DNA from: an uncultured bacterium
GTDB lineage: Bacteria > Verrucomicrobiota > Verrucomicrobiia > Limisphaerales > UBA8199
Direction: 5' to 3'
Length of the DNA stretch: 64,000 bases
Assembly (NCBI GenBank): GCA_963749495.1
Contig: CAVVMW010000015.1
Coordinates: 256,001 to 320,000, forward strand
Of the stretch, positions 54,842 through 64,000 are shown one piece after another. Numbering within the stretch: the stretch's first letter is position 1; each line of letters starts with the position of its first letter. The notes beneath the pieces are model-generated. The model saw only the letters and a list, made by a program, of their open reading frames with translations, had not been told where the DNA came from and ran no database searches. The position numbers and the translations under genes are program-made.

Positions 54842-54963
54842 GGCCCGCCCGAAGGGCTTGAAGGCGCCGAGCAACGTGTGGAAAAGTCGTCGCTCCCCCG
54901 CCAAGGTTCAGGGGCACTTTGGTCTTCGCGCAACCCAGTGAAATCTCCATAGCGGCGGTAACA

Positions 54964-55280
54964 ACAGCCAAGGCAGGCCGAGATCGAGCAGCCGCGCGGC
55001 TCTCAGCGCCGGGGAACCCGGTCCGGCGCCAGACCGCGGAGCGGTTTGTCGCGCGGCTGATCGCCCGGGTTGTGGGGCTGGTTCCAGTCGTGCTTAAACT
55101 GGCCGGGTTCCTGGAGCACCAGCAGCCCTTCGAGATTGCCCGAGACGCGGCCGATGATGCTGAAGCCGTTGAGCCGGTCGAGGCTGGGATTGAGCAGGGA
55201 AAAACGGTAGCCGGGAACGTTCACGCTTAGCCCGACGCTCTCGGCGGGCACGCCTTCGAAGACAAACGAGCCGTCAGCGC
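54964..55280. repeat. Direct repeat copy 2, longer gene-tail fragment
   Basis: Matches 53321-53526; its distal part matches 23355-23415. Confidence 0.8.
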
Positions 55281-56072
55281 CCCAGCCCACGTCGGCCGAA
55301 CTGGCCCAGGCTTCCCACCGCCGGTCATCAAAGGCCCGGAACCAGCAGCCGTTCAGCCATGGCAACGCCTTCGAGCAGTTCTGAATCCGGCAGAGGTAGT
55401 CCGCCAATTTGTCCTCGGCGCGTTGGAACCGCGGGTCGCCGGTGGCCCCTGCCGCCTCGTGCAATCCAAGCAACGCAAAGCCCGTCGTGTACAACTGGTC
55501 GGTGACCGGGTCCCCGTCCTGCTGGAGCAGCGGGGTCTCCGTGGTGCCATAGTCTTCGTTGCGTTGCGGGGCCTGGGAGAAACCCCCTTCGACTTTGCCC
55601 AGGCGCTCGTGGATGGCTCCGGAGGGTTGTTGCCACGCGAGCAAATCCCCCGCGACCGCATCCAGCCAGCGGCGATGCTCGACCGTATTCTCGATCCGGG
55701 CCAGCCAGGCCAAGCACAGCACCATGCGAGCCCGCTCGAGCTGATTTTGCCAGCGCCAACCGGCCGGATAGGCCCTCATGGTCAGCGCCACGGCCGTCTT
55801 GGTGCGGTCGAGCAACGGTTCATAGCCGGTCTGGTGGTAGGCCCACCGGGATACTCGTCCGCCAGCAGCAGGACAGCCGAACCCGCCGTCGCATTCTGAA
55901 TGGCCTCGGTCGGCTGGTCATACCGGCGAAAATGATACGCCTGGAGCGCCAGAAAAAGATCGTTTCGCGGCGAGCAGCAAAAAGTCAGCTCTGGCCGCGG
56001 ACTTTTCTGAGCCCAGGACCAACTGGCTCCACCGAGCGATGCGGCCGTCCAGAGAATCAGCAGCCATCTCAT
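55280..56072 (-). pseudogene. Secreted hypothetical protein, internally deleted
   Basis: Signal peptide MRWLLILW.. and a short N-terminus joined near 55845 to a helical Trp-rich C-terminal region. Confidence 0.5.
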
Positions 56073-56206
56073 CGGCTCGGAAGATACGGATCGCTCTCGG
56101 TGGTTCAATCCACAAGTTCCGAGCCATACTGCTGGGAAGCGGGCGGGCGTCAACCCATTCCGTCCCAGGGGCTTGCTCCCCGCCAGGCTTTTGGGAAGAT
56201 GCGTGC

Positions 56207-57030
56207 ATGCTTAAACAGACGTTGCCGGTCGTTTTTCTCGTCGGGTTTGTCGCCCTGGCGCGATTGGTTGGGCAGGCTGCGGACTCGGACCCGGGGTTTG
56301 CGCCCAAGGATGGCTCAGCCATCCAGTTGACGGAGGATTTCAAGCTGGCTGAACTGCGCGCAATGCCCCATCGCGCGTCCACTCAATGGCGCCTCGTGAG
56401 GCGGGACTACCCAACAGTGAACGCCGTGGAATGGCAGGTGCGCCTCCGGTCCCCGGAGCGTGAAGACCCGCCATTGTGGGAGAACCCGTGCTCCGCGGAT
56501 TTCGTTGTGGCCTTTCCTTTGGACGCGGCAGCGTCGCTGCACTGGAGCAAAGGCAGCCACGACTCGCCTTCTGATTTTCAGCCCTGCGAGGACGCACTGG
56601 ACAAGGGCAAGACGCTCACGCTGGAGTCCTTTGGCGGGCGCTCCTCGGATGGCACGCTGCCGTACTTCAACCTGGCGTCCCAGGGCGGAGGACTGATCCT
56701 GGCACTCGGATGGACCGGGGATTGGAGGACGTTTTTTGAGGCGCTGGGCGCAGGCCGGGTGCGCGTGAGGGCAGGATTGCAGCAGGCACGGTTCAAGTTG
56801 CGCCCGGGCGAACAGGTGCGCCTGCCATCCGTGCTGGTGATCAAGGAAAGGGACGGCTTCCATCTGCTGGATCTAGGGAATCCCGAGGCGCGCCGCTGGG
56901 CCTTGGAAACGGTTTCCCAGCAAATCCGCGAGGCGGATATTGGAATCTACCGCCAGGACTGCAACTTGTATCCAGCCTTCTTCTGGCGGACGGCTGAGGA
57001 GACCAACCGGATCGGCTTGCGCGAGATCCG
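56207..57030 (+). pseudogene. GH36-like alpha-galactosidase, internally deleted and truncated
   Basis: GGRSSDGTLPYFN, ALGWTGDW, LLDLGNPEA and IYRQDCN. Confidence 0.7.
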
Positions 57031-57469
57031 GCACACCCCACCAGGCGATAGGGGTGAGCACCAGGTAAATGCCGCGGCGCTTGGACTAGTCGATCAAGTA
57101 ATCGAGCAGGCGCAGGTGATCGTTGTCCAACAGGTTGCCCTGGCGGTCGCTGATTTCCCGGTCAAAGACGTGCAACCGCAGCAGGTCCAGGCGCAACCGC
57201 TTGAGGTGCGCCAGGTCTGCGCGGATGGTCCGCTCATGGTCTGCGCCGATGGCCTTGAGATCGGCGTAGTTCCAGTGAAAAGGCGGATAGTAATTGACCC
57301 CGAACAGCGCGACCTCTTCCCGGGTGTCCTTCCAGCGGAGCAGTCCCCGGTCGAAAACGACTTCCCGATCGGCCACTTGGCGTGCAGCAAACCCGCACGT
57401 GGCGACGGTGGGGACAACCGCGAGCAGCAGGCCAAGGCCGGCTCGGAGCATTGCCTGGCGGCAATGCAT
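57030..57469 (-). pseudogene. GH5/cellulase-like N-terminal fragment
   Basis: Signal peptide, LFGVNYY, LRLHVFD and GIYLVLTPIAWWG after a frameshift. Confidence 0.55.
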
Positions 57470-57498
57470 CGTTTTGTCGTGGTTCAGAGTGGTATGGT

Positions 57499-60400
57499 TC
57501 AAGGCGCTTTGCTCAAGCCTTCCGACTGGACCACCCAGGTTGCGTCGTCGGGAAAACCGGGAGCCGGTCTTGCCGGGGCGCCGTCCCAACCGGCGGCCAT
57601 CATGGCAACCGCGTAGAGCAAACCGCCGTTGCCGGGAAGGTAGGGACAGGGACCGCCGGTGTTCACGCCACGCTCGTCGTAGCGGTTCTTGGTAGCCGCA
57701 TCCTTGAGCAAGGCTTCGACGGCGATCTGCGGTTCACCCACCCGAGCCGCCGCCATGGCCATCCAGGGGAAATCCCAACCCCAGCACTTGGTCCAATCCC
57801 ATGTCTGCCAGACCTTGAGCACCGTGCGGTGCGCGGTTTCACGGTCCACCCCCTCGAGGGGCGGCAACATCCCGAACACGCCAATCGGATCAGGATGCTC
57901 CCACGCGCGCTTGGCGTAGGTGTCGGTCCATTCGACAGAGTGAACGAACACACCATCCGCCGTCGGCAACGGCGCCAGGTGCAGACGGACCTGGTCCCAA
58001 CGGGGTTCGCGTGCCTGGCCCAACCGCTCTCGCCAGCGCTGGGCCTGGTCGAGTCCCCAGCGCCAATAAGCCAGGTCGAACACTGTGTCCCGCGTAACGC
58101 CCTGCTCGCTGGGTGGCATGATGGGCTGGAGATGGAAGCTGCCGGCCTCATCGGCGCTCGGAAAGTCGGCCATGTAATCCGCGGTTGCAAAGACGATGTC
58201 TCTCCACTTCTCCAGCGTGGCGCGCGTTGGCCGAAGCCGATACTCCAGTTCGGCGAAGAAGATCGGGTGCGGTTGCTGCCAATGGAGCACAAAACTCCCT
58301 TCCCAGGGCGCAGTGCGTCCCTCCGGTCCCACTTGCTTGCCCCATTTGGCACCCCGGTAATTGAACTGCCCGGCCAATTGGCGCGCCACCGGCAGGAATG
58401 CTCGATAGCAGCCCAGTGCTCGCTCCGCCATGGGCCAGCGGCCCCACAGCCCATAATGCGCCAGGTGCCACCAGGTCATCTCCATGTGGAACTGGCTGCT
58501 CCAGGGGTCCACCCCCATCAGCCCGTCCTCCGCCGACGGCCAACTCCCGGCTGATTGCGCCGCCATCTGGTATTGGGAAAGCACGATTCGCCGCTCCAGC
58601 TCCTTCCAGCGCGGGTCCTTGCTCTGCGAAAGATCAATCGCCCCTCCGGTGCTCCAGAACTTCCTCCAATATTCAACCACCGCCTGCTGCGTTTCCGAGA
58701 CCGTTGGCAAGGAGCTCAGCGGCTGGCCGGAGAAACCGCAGACAAATTCCATTCGCCCTGCCCTCCCGCCGGCGAACCTGAAGCTGTGCTCTCCCAGGCC
58801 AACCTCCGGCCCTCGGCTGAAGCTGCAACCGTCGGACCAGCCCACGAACACCTGGTAATGCGCCGCATCAGCCGTGCGGCGGATTTCGGCACGGCGTTCG
58901 CCTTCCTTCGCCACCAGTTGGCTGGTGTGCGCGCCAGGGCGATTCCACTCGCCGGCCCAGGGTGACCTGCCGTTGGCGCTGGGATAAGGAAAATCGAGGG
59001 CCACTACGAGGATGCCGTCGCGCAGCAACGGCGATTCCGCCCGAACCGCAACGAGATCCAGCGTGGGATGCACGCAGGTCTCCACCGCCACCGACTGGCC
59101 ATCCACTTCGAATCGGCTCAGGTGCATCCCGGTCCACAAGTCGTAGCGCCGCGAGATATTCCGAAGTTCTCCAGGCGCCAACGCCGCCCCCGAGGAGCGC
59201 AGGAAGCGCAGGCGGCCAAGGTTGATGGGGTGAGGGTTGCGGAACATCCAGCCATCGAGTTCTTTGCGCCCGGACGCCTGGCGCATAGGACCGGTAATTC
59301 GGCCTTTTTCCACTGTTCCGGTCGCCGGCAGATCGGTGATCGCACAACCGGGGGGCAGCGGAGTCGAATGCCAGGCCCAATGGGCCATGGTGCTCCCGCC
59401 AAAGGTCTGCAAGCCGGTCCCGTCGGCATTGAAACACAACTCGCCATTGCCGAGCGGGATCTGCCCGCCCGGGTCGTTCCACTCGATATTGTGGCGTTTC
59501 ACGAGGGCCTGGCGGTCAATTGCCTCGAGCGAAGCCCCGGTGAAGTAGCGTGCGAGCACGGCAATGTTGCGGTCGTTGCCCTGAAAGGACACGATCGGAC
59601 GGCGACGATACTCCTCCACCGGCAGCGGCAGCGAGTTCGCCCCGGGCTTGGAGAAACCGTAGATGCCAAGCCGGGCGGCCGCCTCGCCGAGGACAATCCG
59701 CCGGGCGTCGTGCGCATCGCCCCAGCCCACCACGCATTGCACGAGGCGGGTATGCGGCCCCTTCATCCTCTCGACCCGCTCGAGCGCCTTCGGGTCCGTG
59801 GCTTCGTTCATCAACCAGTCCACTTCCTTGAACAGCTTCGAGTTGGTGACTACCGGCGAACCCACATCGCAGCAACTCAGCCAGATAACCGCGTCCGGTT
59901 TGACGCGCCGGGTCGTGTCGCGAATTCGCTCCCAGCAGCGGTCGATGGCCCGGCGCCGGAATTCCAGTTCCTGCGCCTTGCTGATTTTGTCCTTGCCGGG
60001 AAAAGCCTTGCCGAACAGTTCGCCGAACATCCTCTGCTCGCAGTCGAGCCAACTCATTTTCACGGCGCCGATGTCCCCTGGATTCCAGACCCAATCAATC
60101 ATGAAACCATCCATCCCGGTGCGCTTGAGGCCGTCCTCGATGGACCCACACAAGTAGTCCAGATACTCCCTCGTGAGGGGAATGTGCGGGTCGCTGGGGG
60201 CGCCATAGCTGAGATTGGTGTGCGTCAGGCCCCAAAGCGTGTTGGCCCCCACGCAATAGTAACCCATCACCTTCATTCCCCGAGCATGGCCCAGTTTGAC
60301 CATCTCGGTCAGGAAATCATGCTTGAGGCCGGGCTGCGGCGGCACGGGGCCGCCACGGTACCAGGCGTAGCCGTTGCAGGAAACCGCGAAGGTCTGAATC

Positions 60401-60654
60401 ACATTGCAGCCCAGCGCCGCATACCAGGCGACGTGTTCCTCAGGCGAAGCCTCCGCCCACAGTCCTGGCCGTGCAAAACCGTTCGGCCCGCCCTCGCCCC
60501 AGTTGAAGTCGATGCAAAAGGCCCTGATGGGATCGGCTGGGGCTGCGGCCGCCTGCACCCGCGAGGCGGACCCCACCAACACAGCCAAGAGGAGTGGGGC
60601 GAGGATTCCCCGCAGGCTGCCCCAGCCCGTTCCACAGTGTTTAGGCGTTTTCAT
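57499..60654 (-). CDS. Two-domain glycoside hydrolase: GH29-like TIM barrel plus GH65/GH95-like (alpha/alpha)6 domain
   Basis: Signal peptide; DFLTEMVKLGHARGMKVMGYY and DGFMIDW; then IDRQALVKRHN..PLGNG, FHMEM..WH, WGWDFP and YLPGNGGLL. Confidence 0.75.
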   Translation of the reverse strand: MKTPKHCGTGWGSLRGILAPLLLAVLVGSASRVQAAAAPADPIRAFCIDFNWGEGGPNGFARPGLWAEASPEEHVAWYAALGCNVIQTFAVSCNGYAWYRGGPVPPQPGLKHDFLTEMVKLGHARGMKVMGYYCVGANTLWGLTHTNLSYGAPSDPHIPLTREYLDYLCGSIEDGLKRTGMDGFMIDWVWNPGDIGAVKMSWLDCEQRMFGELFGKAFPGKDKISKAQELEFRRRAIDRCWERIRDTTRRVKPDAVIWLSCCDVGSPVVTNSKLFKEVDWLMNEATDPKALERVERMKGPHTRLVQCVVGWGDAHDARRIVLGEAAARLGIYGFSKPGANSLPLPVEEYRRRPIVSFQGNDRNIAVLARYFTGASLEAIDRQALVKRHNIEWNDPGGQIPLGNGELCFNADGTGLQTFGGSTMAHWAWHSTPLPPGCAITDLPATGTVEKGRITGPMRQASGRKELDGWMFRNPHPINLGRLRFLRSSGAALAPGELRNISRRYDLWTGMHLSRFEVDGQSVAVETCVHPTLDLVAVRAESPLLRDGILVVALDFPYPSANGRSPWAGEWNRPGAHTSQLVAKEGERRAEIRRTADAAHYQVFVGWSDGCSFSRGPEVGLGEHSFRFAGGRAGRMEFVCGFSGQPLSSLPTVSETQQAVVEYWRKFWSTGGAIDLSQSKDPRWKELERRIVLSQYQMAAQSAGSWPSAEDGLMGVDPWSSQFHMEMTWWHLAHYGLWGRWPMAERALGCYRAFLPVARQLAGQFNYRGAKWGKQVGPEGRTAPWEGSFVLHWQQPHPIFFAELEYRLRPTRATLEKWRDIVFATADYMADFPSADEAGSFHLQPIMPPSEQGVTRDTVFDLAYWRWGLDQAQRWRERLGQAREPRWDQVRLHLAPLPTADGVFVHSVEWTDTYAKRAWEHPDPIGVFGMLPPLEGVDRETAHRTVLKVWQTWDWTKCWGWDFPWMAMAAARVGEPQIAVEALLKDAATKNRYDERGVNTGGPCPYLPGNGGLLYAVAMMAAGWDGAPARPAPGFPDDATWVVQSEGLSKAP

Positions 60655-60947
60655 AGTCTTCGACAACCTCCATGGCTGTCCGCGCTCAGCGCGCTTCCAG
60701 CACGAGCACCCAGTCATTCGCGCCGGCACCGTTATCACGGGAAAGGCGGTTTTATGGTTATCTGACGAAAGGTTTCATGCGGCAATGCTATAGCCGATGG
60801 CTCCGGAGACCAAGACCGTTTGTGGGTTCCGATGTCGTCGTGCTGCCGAGGGGCAGCTCTGCGCTGCGGGATTTGCTCATGCTCGGGATTTGAGTTCTGG
60901 AGTGGCGGAAGAACAGCCGTGGAAGAGGGGCTATCTCAAGGTCGGAT

Positions 60948-62297
60948 TCAGTTCGCCGACCGGTCGCCCTCGCGGTAGGCCAGCCTCGGCACCGGACGGT
61001 TGACGTGGAAGACTGATAGTTCGCGAATCGTGACCGGTGCGGCACTTTCTTGCACGGTGAGGCGGACAGCCTGCACGGAGGTCGAGCGAACAGGAATGAT
61101 TTGGCGGCTGCCCACCTGGGTGCCCCGCCCGAGAGCCGTCCAATTACCATCGGCACGCCGGCCTTCGACCAGGAATTTCCGGATGCGTTCCCCACGGCGG
61201 ATGTCCTCGCGCAGAACGATATGATCAATAGTCGTCTCGCCACCCAAATCGAGGGATAGAGTGTTTCCCTCGCCTCTGGTGGTGAAAAGCGGCTTGGCGA
61301 AGCGCCCGCGGATTTCGTCGCCAAATTCCTGGAGCCGCTTCATCTGCGCGGCGGGCACTTCACCGTGGATGTCAGGCGTGGCGTTGAGCAGCAGATTCAC
61401 GCCGCGGCCAACCGACAAATAATAGATTTCGACAAGGTCATCCAGGCTGAGGATGCGGCGGTCGCTGCCTTCACTCCAAAACCAGTTCGGGCGCAAAATG
61501 GACACGTCGCATTCCGCCGGACACCAGGCGTTGCCGGCGGGACTGCCCGCGCCTTCCTTGGGCGTCTCGCCCGGTTTCCAATCAATCGTGTTCCAGCACG
61601 GGTAAGGCGCGAAGCCGTGCTCCGTGCCCACCCAGCGCGAGCCGCCGGCACGTCGTCCCTGGAAAGCGATGATCCCGGGCGAGAGCTTATCGATCAGGTC
61701 GTTGATCGGGACGATATTCCCCCCGTCGAACCACATCTCGAACATCGGGCCGTACCCGGTCAGGATTTCGGTGAGCTGCTGGCGATAAGTCTCGTTGTAG
61801 GCGGCCTGCTTCTCCGGGGAGGGCACGCGTCCACCGTCTCCAGCGCCCTGCGTATCGTCACGCGGACACAGATAGACGCCCAGGCGCACGTCTCTGGCCT
61901 GGCAAGCCTTGGCCAGTTCGGCGAGCATGTCCCCCCGGCCCTGTTTCCAGGGCGAGGTTCTGAGGGAATAATCGGTCGTCTTGGTCTGCCACGCACAGTA
62001 GCCGCCCACGTGCTTGGCCACGAAGATCATGTAACCGGCGTTGGCGGCCTTGACTGCCTCTACCCATTGATCGGCGCTGAATCGGTCAGGATTGATCTGA
62101 TCGCGCGGTGTGGAACGGTTGTCCCCTTCAGTGCCCTGATAGACATTCGGCGCCCAGTGGAAGAAGAGGCCCACGCCCGCCTTGTGCCAGGCGACCTGCT
62201 GTGGCGTGGGAAAGGGAAGCTGGGCGGAGGATTCTCCCGCATTGGCCGCAAAGGCCAAAACGCAGAGGCTGATGGTAAGAAAGAGGGGTGTTTGCAT
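60948..62297 (-). CDS. GH29 alpha-L-fucosidase
   Basis: PTPQQVAW, GLFFHW, AKHVGG, EMWFDG, ECDVSI.P.WF and SVGRGVNLLLN. Confidence 0.92.
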   Translation of the reverse strand: MQTPLFLTISLCVLAFAANAGESSAQLPFPTPQQVAWHKAGVGLFFHWAPNVYQGTEGDNRSTPRDQINPDRFSADQWVEAVKAANAGYMIFVAKHVGGYCAWQTKTTDYSLRTSPWKQGRGDMLAELAKACQARDVRLGVYLCPRDDTQGAGDGGRVPSPEKQAAYNETYRQQLTEILTGYGPMFEMWFDGGNIVPINDLIDKLSPGIIAFQGRRAGGSRWVGTEHGFAPYPCWNTIDWKPGETPKEGAGSPAGNAWCPAECDVSILRPNWFWSEGSDRRILSLDDLVEIYYLSVGRGVNLLLNATPDIHGEVPAAQMKRLQEFGDEIRGRFAKPLFTTRGEGNTLSLDLGGETTIDHIVLREDIRRGERIRKFLVEGRRADGNWTALGRGTQVGSRQIIPVRSTSVQAVRLTVQESAAPVTIRELSVFHVNRPVPRLAYREGDRSAN

Positions 62298-62823
62298 GGG
62301 GATTCACATTTTTACATCAGCGGCATCAGCTTCGGACCAACGGCGGCGGCGGGTCGCTCGACGGGTTCAGACACGCGCATGATATGGCTCATCCTCACAG
62401 GATTAGCGGAACTCCTGGCGGTTGAACAGCGCGAAACCGAGGGAGCCGGGAGCCGGGGCGCATGTTGCCAGTACCACCACACCATGGGCTGGTTCCGTGG
62501 GGCAGACCTCCGGTCTGCCAGTTGACGGGGCCTCCGGCCCCGTGGTTCCGACCTTGCCCGGCGCGGCCCAAGCCAAGGCAAACACGCCTCCAGAGGAGGC
62601 GTTAACCCCCGATGCATCGGGCGAGGTCTGCCCAACGGTGGTACTGCCGAAATGCGCCCCGGGAGCCGCTTGTGACACGTTTGCTCAGGCACACGGTTTC
62701 CGCTGAACCTGGAGCCTTCCGTTGGTCGGAGGTCGATCTGCAAGATTAACGCAGCGGGTGCCGGAGCTCGGGCTGTGGAGTGCACTCGAGATTCGCGGTT
62801 GGCGGCCCTGAGCGGGTCATGTG

Positions 62824-63819
62824 TGGGCGCAGGCGGTATGGACCCGCTACATCGCTACAAGGCGCATTGAACCGGTGGATACTCGAGATGGGACCCGCAA
62901 CATGACCCGCAACCCGCAACGTGAAGTTGCAACGTTTACTGCAAAAAACATGAATAGTTCATGATTAAGCCCTGTGTTTCGCCACAGGTATTCTACGGAA
63001 GCAGGCGCCAGACGCGCTGCGTCTCGGGGTCTGAAGCCTTCCGGACAATGGAGCAAACCTGGGAGCCTCAATCCGGGGGAGCACTAGAATCGGATGACAT
63101 GGTCAAAACCAAATGAACGCCCGCAAGCATCGTGATTGTTGTCAAGCCAAAAGAGGCTGGTTAAGGCTTGGGCCAAAAGGCAAGCAACCAGGTTCGGGGG
63201 CTGTTGCGTACCCCGACGCGAACCTCGCGTTGCCGGTGTATAGGGCGGACCTAAATCATCCTGTGAACGTTGCAGAACATGGAAACGCTGCCAACCCCGC
63301 CCGGTTACGCGACCGGGCAGACCTCACCGCAAGGCGGGTCAGGGGGCGCAGCATTGGGATGACCGAAGAAGCCAACGCCAGCGGTAATGCGCTGGATATG
63401 CCCACGTCGGTCTGGTCTGAAATGGCAAGAACGCATGAGGAATCGTTACCCACCAGAACTGCAAATGACGACCGGCGCTCGCCGGTTGATGCGCTCTGCG
63501 TGCCGTCTCCCCAAGGAGCACGGCGCATTACGACCGCACGCCAGTATCGCCAAGCGGGTTTACGGATGTGCGAGGTTTGCTCGCCCGTTTGCCCGTGGGT
63601 CGGCCAAAAAGTTCAATTCGATTGCGCTGACCTTATGAGGGCTTGAGCCGGAATGAAGGGAAACTTTCACGTACGGTTCTTAGAGGGGGGCGGGCTGGCA
63701 ACAGCCCGCCTCCACTCGGCAAGGCGCAACAGCCTCGGTAAAATGGGGGGTTTCTTTGGCGCGGGATATTTGTTTGACAATGTGGACGTCAATTCCAGCT
63801 CGGTAGAACCGAGCGCTTT
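62824..63819 (+). repeat. Dispersed ~190-bp element, intron-interrupted copy
   Basis: 62824-62920 and 63721-63819 together reconstitute the reverse complement of 11265-11453. Confidence 0.85.
62921..63720 (+). mobile_element. ORF-less group II intron (800 nt)
   Basis: Domain V GAGCCGGAATGAAGG-GAAA-CTTTCACGTACGGTTC (63645-63679), domain VI hairpin with bulged A at 63714, EBS1 GTTGCG (63203-63208) complementary to the exon end CGCAAC, and boundaries fixed by the empty allele. No RT ORF. Confidence 0.9.
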
Positions 63820-63933
63820 CCGGCGGTCGGATAGGGGCGGAGGTGGGCAGGGGGTACTTGAAGGAGGATTTCGCTGAGGTGTTTCTGTGCTACATCCCGG
63901 CGTCGGAGGTGGAGGCGCTGAGGCAGAGATCGT

Positions 63934-63965
63934 AGTCCACAGTCCACAGTCCACAGTCCACAGTC
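63934..63965. repeat. Heptamer tandem repeat (AGTCCAC)4.5
   Basis: Read directly from the sequence. Confidence 0.9.
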
Positions 63966-64000
63966 GGCGGTCCACGGCCCACGGTATGAAGTGCCTGGCC

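Noticed and set aside
63113..63646. 177-aa ORF inside the intron as an intron-encoded protein
   Set aside because: No RT (YADD) or maturase motifs, and it overlaps structural RNA domains.
63715..63735. Integron attC target (GCGCAAC) for a IIC-attC intron
   Set aside because: No paired R''/L''/L'/R' structure, cassette array or integrase seen; the empty allele shows the target is the 190-bp repeat.

Overview
High-GC bacterial DNA whose gene families point to Verrucomicrobiota (Pedosphaera/Limisphaera-like; inferred). (1) 1-10317 is an intact, translationally coupled minus-strand defence operon of the 'restriction-like' type: DUF499 ATPase, small accessory gene, DUF1156-type DNA methyltransferase and PLD-SNF2 helicase. 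An extra two-gene module (minimal nucleotidyltransferase plus unknown partner) is nested inside it. (2) About 10.4-62.7 kb is a mosaic of intact glycoside hydrolases and other hydrolases, three giant secreted beta-sandwich proteins sharing a C-terminal 'LQS...F[YF]R' domain, a TPP-dependent E1 alpha/beta pair whose alpha subunit appears to carry a Tat signal, ECF sigma factors, an HNH gene pair, and many truncated or internally deleted gene fragments (dinB, comM, hsdR, DapA-like, phage portal-like and others). Single-base frameshifts are frequent and are probably long-read errors. (3) 62921-63720 is an ORF-less group II intron with non-canonical termini, inserted in a dispersed ~190-bp repeat. 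An empty copy of that repeat lies at 11265-11453, and the intron's EBS1 loop (GTTGCG) matches the insertion site (CGCAAC). No rRNA, tRNA or CRISPR array was found. Family assignments are from motif recognition, not database searches, and fragment boundaries are approximate.
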